Shown piece after piece: positions 51,301-55,960 of a stretch of 61,238 nucleotides of DNA. A program made the position numbers and the translations under genes. Position 1 is the first letter of the stretch; every line of letters begins with the position of its first letter. The notes beneath the pieces were generated by a model. That model was not told where the DNA came from and did not search any database. It saw only the letters and a program-made list of their open reading frames with translations. Origin of the DNA: Candidatus Omnitrophota bacterium (GTDB lineage Bacteria > Omnitrophota > Gorgyraeia > Tantalellales > Tantalellaceae). Location of the stretch: positions 1-61,238 of the forward strand of contig WJMH01000012.1 of the NCBI GenBank assembly GCA_014728045.1. The letters are read 5' to 3'.

Positions 51301-54225
51301 AGGCTCATCCTCAGGGATGATAAGGGCCGTCTCAAGATAGGAGGGATCATAACAAAGCGCGGCGGTAAACTGTCTCATGCCGGCGATATAGCCAGGGCGC
51401 ACCGCATGGCCGCTGTCGCCAACGTGAAAGATATAAGGTTCCAGTCCCCGGAAATTAAAAGAAAAGGCTTTTTCATCAACGACAGGCGTATACTGGAAGG
51501 GGAAATGCTGTCCATATCAGGTACTACCGGGATAATTTACCAGGGCCTTCTGCCGCTTTCGGTGGGTGAATTCATCGACGGAGGTATCCAGCCCACTATT
51601 TCCTACAGTTATTTCGTTGAACATCTCAAACGGCGCGGTCAGGTGCTCACGGTGATCAATCAGGTGCTGGACGCGATACAGGAGAAGAAGGACGTGAATC
51701 TTTTGGCCTATCTGAGGACCCTTGTGGACGTGCACAGTGAGATGCTGCAGAAAAAGGCACCTTACGTGTTCGCCGTTATCAACGGCGTTCTTGAAAGCGG
51801 TTCCATACAGATCGACCAGCTCAGGAGCAAGGTCAAGGACGCTCTCGGGCAGAAAGGCGGTGAGACCGCTGCCGGGGCCGTGACCAAACAGATGGAACGG
51901 ACCATCACTCGTGCTCTTGCCAGCAAGGAGTTCATTGACGAGTTCGGTATTTCTTCGGAAGACATATCCGATATCATCTTTATGGGAGAAAGCGCGGAAA
52001 GCCTGCGGGGAAGGATGGTGGTCGATCTTACCCTGCAGGTCAAAGGAGAAGGTGATCGGTCGGATCTGATCCCCCTGCGGGTCGCCCTCTACAAGGTGGG
52101 TTATGACCTTGACCCTGATCTATTGGCCACCAACGAAACCTTGGCGACCAGGCTTATAGATTATCTGGAAGAAGGTATTATGACCGGCAAGCAGGAGATA
52201 CTTTACGAGGCGGGAATACCTCCTAACACGATAAGGGAGGCCTATGAAAACGCCGAAAGGGACAGAGAGAAGGCCGTCATCGCCCTGGCATCCCGCCTTG
52301 CGGAACTGGATGTCGCTTACGACCAGATGCAGCGCGCGGTCGCACGGATAGGGACCCTTAACACCGCAGAGATGTACCGTCTGCACAAAGCCATGGACAG
52401 GAGCTTCACCAGGAGCAAGATGGTGTTCATGGTGCTACCCGAAAAAGAGGATTACGAGGCGATCAAGATACGTTCAGGAAAGGTCTACCCGACGCTGAAC
52501 GATGTCCTGATGAGCAAGCATTTCGGGGGAAGACGTCTCACGTCCGAACAGCTCAAAGGTCTAAAGGCCCAGGTCGCCAGATTATTGTTCAGGGCCTATG
52601 ACAGCAGACTTGATGTGTATGACACCCTCAGCAGTGCTTTCGGCCTTAAGAAGCGGCATGCCCACATGATGTATTCTGAGATGGCCGATGAGATCGCGAA
52701 GATAAAGCCCGGTGACCTGACCGAAGAAAAGCGCGAACTTTTACGGGGCCTTTTCGGTATAGAGGACCGTTCCGGGATCGGAGAAAAGCTCAGGTACGAG
52801 TATACCAGACTTGGTTTCATGAAAAGGTTCCCCATGACTATAAGGCCCCAGGACCTTATAGTCAGGCCCTGGAAGAGCGATAAGATGAAGGTCGAGGTCG
52901 TTAGCTGGGGGTCTTTCGTGCGGCGGGCCGACGAGAACGAGGTGTTAAGATATCTGCATGAACAGATGAAACTGCCCTACCAGACGATATTCAGGGCCAT
53001 GGCCGGTCTCTACGGTCATAGAAAAGCCCTTGACTTCATAAGGCTCGCCTATTTGCGGGAGCCCGCCGGAACGTACCTTTCGAAAGTGCTTTTGACGAAG
53101 ATCTCTGAGATAACCGCTGTATCCAGCATAACGGTAGGTATACCTAAAGGTACGTTCAACAAACTTGAAGCCCGTGATATAGCCAGGCTCGACAAGGCGG
53201 CGCACATAAGGATTGCGGTGCTGGAAAGCGCCGATAGAGAGGGCATGCTGGATGAGGTCGAACAGGCCAGACGTAGGAATAATTCCGCTTCTTCTGTTCT
53301 GGTGGATACGGATGGGAAGATGACGTCCGGGCGCACGGCTTCAGTGATACTATCCTTTGCAAGGGAAGTTAAGAACAAGATCTTTCTGCTGGGGCATCCT
53401 GAAGTCACTGATCTGACGCCAGAGAACATATCCAAGATAGACGACCTTCCGAGGCTTTTGAGGGAAATAGGTTCAAAATATCTTGACGTGCTGGAACCCC
53501 TGGAACTGTCGTCAGTAAGCATTTACAACATGAGGGTAAAGAATTCCTACAGCTCTGTCAATACCCGGGACAGGGTGAAGTACTCCCCGAGGTCGCTGGA
53601 CGAACAGAAGAGCTCCAGGCTCGTGCATTACGCCGACGGCCAGGATATCCTGGATGGGGGGAGGACGATAGTGCCTCCCGGGCTTGAAATCGCCAGGAGG
53701 CGGAGAAGGATGAACGTTACCGTGGATAATGACCGGCTTCAGGACAGTTTCATGATAATGGCACCTGAGAGTATTCGCACCCTGGAAGAGAAGAATCTTT
53801 TCAGGGACAGGATCATCGAGATGTGGATGCTGGAGGGGGTCATTTCAAAGCAGGACGTGATAATACTTGACCGCAAAGAGGAAGGGTACAGTAATAGTGA
53901 CCTCTTCGAAAGAGTAAGGCAGGTCGAGCCGGAGGCGGATGTGTCCAATGTGGGCATCAGGGTGATAAGCGGTAAACTGGGTTATGAGAACAGGCAGCTT
54001 CTGCAGCTCGATCTTGCACCGGAGGCCACTAATAACTTCAACCAGTACGAGGTCTTCGTGAACCTTCTTTTAACGGGAGAGCCGGGCAAGCTCACCGGCC
54101 TGGCCGGGGTAAAGGCTCTTGAAGGGAAACTGTATATTTATCTGCCTGAAGCCAGACCCGTCGATTTCGAGAAGGAATTGCGCGTTTATTACGAGAAATA
54201 CCGGCAGGTGCTTATAAGAGCTTAA
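34756..54225 (+). CDS. Giant multidomain protein B (6,489 aa): signal peptide, Tiki/ChaN-like N-domain, SAM methyltransferase, NAGPA-like domain, zincin, HD domains, 2 CPBP-like proteases, 2 kinase-like domains, PPDK-like ATP-grasp plus His domain, conserved C-terminal domain
   Basis: Uninterrupted ORF with GTG start, RBS and signal-like N-terminus (MLKRTKFLKIVSILILLIFVHEQLGWT); ends TAA at 54223-54225. Confidence 0.97.
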   Translation: MLKRTKFLKIVSILILLIFVHEQLGWTYDGTAVWTQLNEVPSRSGNKLTRQIKIPNDVGEVCQASTGQAGEVIINIQDAHASLSSQHSIVDILDTLVANYDVRFIALEGSQGYIDTTLLKTFPDEKIRKNTAEFLMREGRMSAGEFFDATRDRKDLVLYGVEDNALYRRNVEGFRKIMDERAHYARQVIALRDQLDELAKKIFSPELYLLARCSRLHRQGRLSFSDYWKEIKGLSGDEASVEGLVNVEKLLESIRTEENIDFAGANLQRRQLIDVLSGTMDQGDIEKLVLRSLLFKKNKISQSDFHGYLIDLAEAYGVDLSCYGDLARFTEYVRLYESIDIISLFREVSLFEERLRESLFRNGDERELARWIKLTRLTGDLYNVELSNDDYADIASRIGECDGISCARFIRRACTEYGVPVGPGYDAGNIFGGVEKALEFYRVAEERNSAILTNTIRSMRRENKQVAALITGGFHTGGLTRLMRENRLSYLVVTPKFEKGKERPYIAILTNKKKPYQRLLESGKYQLAISAYFQDMDEDKFVSAAVYALSNVVKEGGNWRYEADRWYRLYRDEHARLKEESQEKIKGSLAPEEFARILGVGEYEGQGQLRIENWQDTVMVARIKDDQSAYFRLDLGEGGVLESPRVLSPRQGRKILAALDRIKDSEGGRGLEERVGELEGQLQRITELVEGDLKSSRDEELISRLGTDRELLFAVVSRLDGPGEVTRDQVASKLKADSGFALPGGWDKNARLANAVEEFTLLVKDTRKDINRIKSDLSNNQKLVKSIAGIFLGNREDLTAGNVADFLQRDMKEPLYGRWDEVPSFRKAVQEFTEWVGKVTPQIMDQKRKSYHWDIADQGRFDNTMAVFSMLFRRIGISEGREEAPVISRIRGTPERPVKVLEVGSGKLLPVTGYFRGTLGSYMSRHGGSFKSTFTRAYEEGFPNLKAEAIDPRLEDRPEKGFHRGNALKMDMFKDEDFDDIFAFMVFNPECYYEYSSFNEEFWEENFPGELMTEEKYYGKIAAELLRILKPGGRLYMSTGTRHNDIFNRILLESGFRCEYLDNEVGYQVFAKPAGDPLSEEERRVLTKRSLSRVYQYLTHCISIIKAQLELVPEEGELSDSQIEALNKIGDTAENMLEELRGDDLYVPYVKAVKNLLSNDSPGSLYYILGCLQPFLTYSRVLPPKRNINKKYYQHMKKSLEEMVTIASRIDEAGIEDIRFFDSEKSGEEYVSLRDWQRRRPISSSEWLTYLFDTGREDLVDRIMRSTGSREVFEKYIPSVNVFMEMADSGRVAPGPGEEELFKDTRGFLLETDPSRLEELGGFASSKIASSFLEEEKRPFSSGGGGFPSILSILLAGGVWTLTQGVVSAAEPAAGRVTFSAAGALGVFLSTGTVVALLAFSAGAIVIALISSKVLKKYFSRTYLGRTRLRSFLIGAAAFMLFFFTFNMAESRGPKSLKDLLRTPVSNAKQIINSLRSEEPEKEVALGVRHSLSSIKGIPAETILTGTGTRMRLVPYSRVQDLISSPPEGYRIYGVFNTAPQRNGRHTTLVGSQGRVLRARNSISTRAGGAFYLKYPDGTARIVSNTDENYEKYIEGEDFEVAIQAGPLVKENGSIKDSLPTESTSRIYVGVDSLTNRTKFMHVGSGVTGYSDVEEVLEKHFKGFAEVMLFDCGQFDITEVSRDGVAGKELEGEEVYCLAVMGKDLPGRKPFAEPDWKKSPLYLAVLSGIAGIITPFLFSDGVTSSLMLILASVTGLYAASFGIWKHLLLGGVRRGSFRSAEYRSSSREVARQRVQILFAEISRSLTGGRVSRKSRDLVGGSIDFARGPAQVVLVDEDSSQEEKDILGTDHAAFDKQKNLLYITGNMARAPDWLLSVILAHETAHRFTRSECRANLFTLFNIPGAINTLKGIFFTPVDYRMASFAKDADIRQRNTRKARLAQLLAGRMKNEGYDISAEDISTLGRVFLARNAFSGDTAKLFAFLEKEGIELSRTGRLLSEYYNSYRDFYDAYRSASSGGRLDASLVDANRLLPIIRLVDTFEEDQDRIGSVITRLDMESFKHTFQLLEEVFEREGISDRRALSVLKTLMGERDKGLINMMAEARGTGALTVSDRVLMETSTPKERIYQFNNGLLKDTGEREYALMVFRMGLPERIKRRVKHYLEANGFDVASIESRKAGMDRVLSYWGEGGMLEEALSELAEDGVGIFRAKVALARGDGRDFENWFARVQSEHPELVSVKRLGFWLEVLRRGYETVIVRSSVPRERLSRKFAAPEEAVGMKFQDFFSEYVVGDENAFRAEPESLRGKFIEPALHPRGELRRIFKSAQKVLPLEQVGLANCIDCPTYKKLNDKRQIYLPAERGSSPGEIPAVVRRFKKSLAPVMPLDKYAILAAPWVEETFFFFAPMFLGGLLFGVASYWTIALVAAVRGVFFFLHERPRELMSMPQEEILKLFNPSYQELRKHVYADLKYVTALAGAFGIEEGSEEMYMLRVIALTHDLGGVLGVKRDEQIEKKLMLLALNKNVAYRNRDPLDVEAELVSKGAVLTDEEKAFISTMDHSNNSLRILDSCDIKVPPVVRKIISGHMESPTQKELAGWTEQERRLFACFAIADVFETGNNYYKQTGRDPEYWRSFESPDETMKFIREVKFRNRHLLVPYLEKAEEFISAGGFQEAIEFSRKPISEAEMSMEIIPRAPPPRRTVPLAVAVSGALFPGLPLVLPQLSLAPGLFIVGSTTLIIMLHAAANALALFSGKLPATIDTERFGRDKRHVILQTNGNVSDTGDALYNEVFSGAAQIIKEREFFTSEQLSILGGNVKFRLVEGTKYLIDAVDLTGKSDWVISVNRFIFDNYHSDKEACLTKLAYLLASQYDHILFTEFCRERNFEPGVGESAAINLLRDTARVNDNRDDAEKLARFLEMAKFPLRDGEASADETPSGELPYFADFEYEYGKLLSKIREGSFYGLDFVGDPEWLDLIINFFNSNLEYFHNKRLKSGSVQTYLAFFYKMEHLDKSEVLKHLRWYENYSDYGWLKAKLGDDFRTSTMIETEEERKVNIYYNLSNEEYRTSDLAKRLFPEEDPDFLKKTVEGLFPGIRFHVRDLEEVYVRFLGEGVKKDAFYCMLVTEEGPYEFVLLLRHKEVDDEGYEIIQPNLLEPGEMEQLKWANIQFPDRAPRIGSVITKPGTDTVIQMGVSYLGKDLGRIASSSNNKLTDEAKLHFLRSGIACYIKGAFRMGGFRVVDDPKPQNLSSLDMKVSIVDYGKRSRGDRIVFLTKLVKFLASDRGFWGIGGIGFEGETRYNTIFDAFLEAFESYRGPRNINREYRKALGIELLRTIYEDPYNLLTEKATGEPLPVKKALKEYLENVFKHYRPSYVLASDRLVEEFDWDHVARRCARIDAGEEVVHFASPSSGRNPYWYIARMAGVSEKAMAVEDLTAGEMEDMVDLIMLDYLTVPSNEYLVMLKKLSRRLRVEPVIPGTKEEYRAWLRTLKEQARALSEGRDIEQRTPQVDGRLDGDFLLSLCRPQVEAILEDLASLPEGYMPLLDNPHVAFRKEEVLLSVADRWVKESSGVEDAAMVELMEKAREKLIALGGSAEVGEKTPDDFGKSFYGRIEGLSPRIRAEVIVDEAARNGITRLTIQDKDTAEEAVSYARKKGYLIDLTYYRGIPAVGWKKAKKPSMRPETAPVRERKKGAGVPAMPAGDMPMEKSGFYRAWEEAVFTGHAPGRYFPTITKDPAEQLGSFREGAEFLYNYKKIIPGLNYIASMEPDEREMARRLSREIFTKLRIEKWPLKDTERLNSLRGMVRNLMTAVYNDSRTGEKMRRIMRGVTNMIGLLTLFREHALCIERLIRSGKVPGGVDSLRPYIPEKFLDVPGGVSEREYFDFMAGLVPYQRVFEKGIHAELSGTVLERVDRGTTSMKAYTSDQLHFVVKFPDPEQQRDVRKDIKSGLVMARMHLGGLAANTLPIRDISIRTSQGTEQLSEALIQTKVTPLGEAISQMDEAGDSQGVESLLAKWWNLQKQMWQRGVLDRRMDLLNGYGYDEVTGRVLLIGFHELSREVGDFWPEGLADNIIELNDKRNIEKLSETAPLVNAAESYASIGSEIKEGLRVVKNDQGEVYVSLWPSEEEMSSEELYIPLNDPFRIDDKEFGKIIGIIERLMQSGSFFEGELADEVISGMLAHIKAEVFGVFAEREQALPGEAISPAGPWGGQAPLEPSTLRSLKRMVLPGMGFWQYALGVAPWLEEVVFFAAPAVISHVFFGLDAVGAFLFVASSRAAFFMLHEGARPHAPPAEYFLPLAVSAAGAALSVLPGVVPELGSMPAVFIPVSTALLALLHLTANVVSFITGYKPASIDGGKEGPADPWQGLDRYARKVYTNIVQKSFLFKQAEEGELQAERYLNTYEEEDSEALRQALNELVDEHYLVRIEKEEDELYYGLGEKGRSMFMAATEDLLKAWIKGMKQNDLKWRRDHIRDISFGSMLRTAPAYKQPDPERMALFKKHYDKIFDVITELIKDEIRLFEQGEGNDSALGGPLSIITGLMQKCSALNERVLVENMVEHLMMLPYSPNEKVRAAFQQFYMKLLTVDPERARTFLFYLMTHYSEYGDAIKETDNPVFGIMEFLHEAGDENFYYFLRRITAYTFRDHSGQVNVGPNHPLRCRTRCGSYGPDLEGVIRDSIHNHLGVYVLGLLERYLEFCGTGDWRILADEEYQVDAFKNDEFPPQDAVFPMQTVELYKGPEADDTYALRRSEIVREIFRLLEGEFADELKVAGKTKWEKLRNMTDEQLQTLYDAVNEKLDTSLKVDYAGYSFSGYIYAYRELCKRYKRVASVEKLTDELVKLARNYRVSNRVITGNRWAKEDDPAYLAIKSDDPAEALSAILRAKRNIRNEVFSGELDYDRLEIMEQFQRDWGRDDTGNAYGGAWVKDDLVGLYMTDNMLTMIENLHIERASRQFMEINSRNIVSALEYLRVLAELSYTEGLVSRSFRDHVDTLLQRKGLDFSVARDIIHFMQQEFVEIKNYINQNSENYIHAMLDAEGIYGERRTKEFDRRLNELINYDKVYNSARGLIRKIGKYAEKRRGVFIEGEEEKPVEEEPLLIGGTVPGEALDKTVSSGRYALSSKGLELARTSSEGLPIPEGVIIPATASDEVTDELAVEGIRMLERHLNTLEGFENMKFGSSQDPLIVSVRSGAYVVMPGQMPTIANVGLSRDTIDGFTDQLVERGVDLRDARWTAWDCYSRFLQSYGVSVLGISEQHFISREEDLLSETGAADKKDLSLEKMKALAGRFEGVIIDVAGRDKLPLTAEEQFKYCVAAVKRSWAESDDYRDNIGLKGRWPGTAVLIQRMVFGNINRDSGVGVVNSRMVNVRKLGLEGDFLWFGQGDDIAQHRAEGLVQIQDIGEQTPWKKDLERYAEMIETSLGTMAEIEFTVELGKVYILQVRDAYIDVRAQDYLLMPSEGDLLARRGRVIPASGGAYRGKVYVLHGRKPDLEEIDRLYAESRAAGGDGVLIVADDLSPEQLGRLILRDDKGRLKIGGIITKRGGKLSHAGDIARAHRMAAVANVKDIRFQSPEIKRKGFFINDRRILEGEMLSISGTTGIIYQGLLPLSVGEFIDGGIQPTISYSYFVEHLKRRGQVLTVINQVLDAIQEKKDVNLLAYLRTLVDVHSEMLQKKAPYVFAVINGVLESGSIQIDQLRSKVKDALGQKGGETAAGAVTKQMERTITRALASKEFIDEFGISSEDISDIIFMGESAESLRGRMVVDLTLQVKGEGDRSDLIPLRVALYKVGYDLDPDLLATNETLATRLIDYLEEGIMTGKQEILYEAGIPPNTIREAYENAERDREKAVIALASRLAELDVAYDQMQRAVARIGTLNTAEMYRLHKAMDRSFTRSKMVFMVLPEKEDYEAIKIRSGKVYPTLNDVLMSKHFGGRRLTSEQLKGLKAQVARLLFRAYDSRLDVYDTLSSAFGLKKRHAHMMYSEMADEIAKIKPGDLTEEKRELLRGLFGIEDRSGIGEKLRYEYTRLGFMKRFPMTIRPQDLIVRPWKSDKMKVEVVSWGSFVRRADENEVLRYLHEQMKLPYQTIFRAMAGLYGHRKALDFIRLAYLREPAGTYLSKVLLTKISEITAVSSITVGIPKGTFNKLEARDIARLDKAAHIRIAVLESADREGMLDEVEQARRRNNSASSVLVDTDGKMTSGRTASVILSFAREVKNKIFLLGHPEVTDLTPENISKIDDLPRLLREIGSKYLDVLEPLELSSVSIYNMRVKNSYSSVNTRDRVKYSPRSLDEQKSSRLVHYADGQDILDGGRTIVPPGLEIARRRRRMNVTVDNDRLQDSFMIMAPESIRTLEEKNLFRDRIIEMWMLEGVISKQDVIILDRKEEGYSNSDLFERVRQVEPEADVSNVGIRVISGKLGYENRQLLQLDLAPEATNNFNQYEVFVNLLLTGEPGKLTGLAGVKALEGKLYIYLPEARPVDFEKELRVYYEKYRQVLIRA
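37441..37900 (+). other. Class I SAM-dependent methyltransferase-like domain in protein B
   Basis: VLEVGSG (motif I, 37453), AEAID (motif II), GNALKM..F.DEDFDDIF, ELLRILKPGGRLY. Confidence 0.8.
39300..39860 (+). other. Degenerate phosphodiester glycosidase (NAGPA/DUF2233)-like domain in protein B
   Basis: AIQAGPLVKENG, SRIYVGVD, G...SDV..VL and VMLFDCG resemble the family motifs GGP.L+.+G, PRTAIG and A+NLDGG, but diverge from them. Confidence 0.45.
40290..40450 (+). other. Zincin-like HExxH motif (HETAH) in protein B
   Basis: LLYIT...LSVILAHETAHRFTRSECRAN; His at 40393 and 40405, with a downstream Glu. Confidence 0.6.
41860..43030 (+). other. CPBP (CAAX protease/Abi)-like intramembrane protease domain split by an inserted HD domain
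   Basis: APWVEE (41941), FFFLH (H 42055), then the insert, then LHAAAN (H 42973, N 42985); colinear with the intact copy at 47401-47810. Confidence 0.7.
42070..42828 (+). other. HD-superfamily metal-dependent phosphohydrolase domain in protein B
   Basis: H (42139), THDLG (H 42241, D 42244), DHS (H 42424), GHM (H 42502), IADVFE (D 42583): the full H..HD..H..H..D ligand set. Confidence 0.85.
44041..44760 (+). other. Protein-kinase-like domain in protein B
   Basis: FLGEGVKKDAF (Gly-rich loop), DDPKPQN (catalytic loop, 44464-44484), IVDYG (DFG-like, 44512-44526); no clear VAIK lysine. Confidence 0.65.
46441..46920 (+). other. Second, probably inactive kinase-like domain in protein B
   Basis: RVDRGTTS, FVVKF (K 46534), GVLDRRMDLLNGYG and VLLIGF; the DFG Asp is replaced by Gly. 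Confidence 0.35.
47401..47810 (+). other. Intact CPBP (CAAX protease/Abi)-like intramembrane protease domain in protein B
   Basis: APWLEE (E 47470, 47473), FFMLH (H 47584) and LHLTAN (H 47746, N 47758), set in four hydrophobic helices. Confidence 0.7.
50080..51546 (+). other. Pyruvate phosphate dikinase-like ATP-grasp domain plus phospho-His swivel domain, with no C-terminal PEP/pyruvate barrel
   Basis: KG..L...GLPIPEG, PLIVSVRSGA..MPGQM.T..NVGL, WDCYSRFLQSY, GTAVLIQRMVFGN, GQGDDI, IEFTVE.G..YILQVR, GGKLSHAGDIAR (His 51376), GEMLSISGTTG.IYQG. Confidence 0.92.
53128..54222 (+). other. Conserved C-terminal domain of protein B (paralogous to the C-terminus of protein A)
   Basis: ITVGIP, SFARE...HPE, SIYNMRVKN, ISKQDVIIL, YIYLPEARPVDFEKELRVYYEKYRQVLIRA-stop. 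Confidence 0.8.
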
Positions 54226-54286
54226 GGTGTACTACGGAAAAACATGGAAATACAGTTAAAATATAAAATAGTTAGAAACATATATA

Positions 54287-54315
54287 TTGACTTTTATTGG
54301 CATTTACGCTATACT
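54287..54315 (+). promoter_or_regulatory. Putative sigma70-type promoter of gene C
   Basis: TTGACT (54287-54292), 17-nt spacer, TATACT (54310-54315): close to consensus. Confidence 0.65.
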
Positions 54316-54407
54316 TAGATATAGGCTGTAAAAATAGAAAAAGTCAGATACTTACACTAAGCGTGGAAGTGCGCTCAATATATATATAATATTATATGAA
54401 AACATTT

Positions 54408-54415
54408 AAAGGAGA
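54408..54415 (+). promoter_or_regulatory. Ribosome-binding site of gene C
   Basis: AAAGGAGA; the GGAG ends 6 nt upstream of ATG 54421. Confidence 0.8.
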
Positions 54416-54420
54416 AGACC

Positions 54421-55960
54421 ATGTATTCAAAAAGCCCTAAAAGATCCCTTTTCTTGAAGGCGGTAAGCGTTTTTCTTGTGCTTACCTTTTCCATGTACAA
54501 CATAAGCTATGCCGTTACCCAGGACAATCTGGAACCGGCCGGTATCAAGCAGGATATGCCTTTATCCGTGGAGGATATTGGTATAGCCATTGATTGCGGT
54601 ACGGTCAAGAACCGTTTCAACGGCAATGACGGGAAGGTCATAGTGCACATCCAGGACGCGCACTGTAATTACGAGGCGCAGTCCAATATAAACAAGATGC
54701 TTGACCAGCTGACAAGGGAATGCGAGATAGACATGATATCTGTCGAAGGGGCTGAAGGGATCGTCGACACTACATGGTTCAGGGCATTCCCGGACTCAGA
54801 GATACGCAAAGAGGTCGCTACTTATTTCATGAAAAAGGGCGAGATAACGGGCGCCGAATTCTTTTCCATAACAAGTGAATACCAGGGCACCATATTCGGT
54901 GCCGAGACCAGGGATTATTACGTGAAGAACCTGAGGGCCTTCACGGAAGTATATCCGTACAAGGAAACTATTGAGAAATATTTCACGGACGCCCGTACCG
55001 TGTCCAACCGTCTCAAATCCATAGTCTACACGCCGAAGCTCAAGGAACTGGACCTCAAGATAAGGTCTTTTGACGAAAAACAGACCGAGCTCAGCGATTA
55101 TGCCGCCTACCTTAATAAGACAGCCGAACAACAGAGAATAGATCTCAAGGACCTTGAGGATTTCAAAAAACTCGTCCAGACCCTCGAATACGAGGAAAAG
55201 ATAGATTTCGATATCGTTGACCAGGAAAGAAGCAAATATATCGATGTTCTCAGCAAAAAGATGGACAAGGAGAAGATGACCGAATTGGTGACCCAGAGCA
55301 TCAGGTTCAAGAAGGGTCATATCAAGGCGGTGGATTTCTATTCCTATCTCAGGGAACTGGCCAAGGAACACGATATAGATATGGTGCACGAGTACCAGAA
55401 CCTTTTTTATTACTATATATACACCAAACTTTATGAGGGTATCGATAACGAGAGGCTTTTCAAGGAGATCGACACTATTGAAGCCCGGCTCAAGGAGTCC
55501 TTTTTCGAGAACGGAACCCAGAGGAAGCTCGACAAGTACTCGAACATGCTGGATATGTTCATCGATCTCATAAACATAGAGCTTACCAATGACGATTATG
55601 ATCTATTCAAGGGATATTCCGAAGAGTTCACGCTTGAAGAGGTACTGGATTTCATGACAGGACTTGTGGAGAGGTACAACCTCAATTACACGGTCGACGG
55701 TATGCCCCTTGAGATAAAGAACAATATACCCAAGATGGTTGATTTCTACGAGATCGCCATAAAGAGGGATAACGCCCTTATCGAGAACACTCTCAAGCAG
55801 ATGCAGCAAGAGGGCAAGAACAGGTGCGTTCTCATAGCTGGCGGTTTCCACACCAGAGGTATTAAGCACATTCTTGAGAAAAAAGGTGTTTCTTACGTAG
55901 TGGTGACCCCCAAGATCACCAAAAATGTCGAAACGCCTTATATAAAGGTACTTACGAACC
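54421..55960 (+). other. Signal peptide plus conserved N-terminal domain of protein C (paralog of the protein B N-domain)
   Basis: HIQDAH (H 54661), SVEG (E 54745), KRD (R 55765), IAGGFH (H 55849), SYVVVTPK, PYIKVLTN. Confidence 0.75.

Noticed and set aside
50080-51546. ppdK gene
   Set aside because: It lacks the PEP/pyruvate-binding barrel and is an internal domain of protein B.
54352-54375. ops-like antitermination site (TAAGCGTG)
   Set aside because: It matches only the 3' half of the ops consensus (GGCGGTAGnnTG) and is absent from the leader of gene B.
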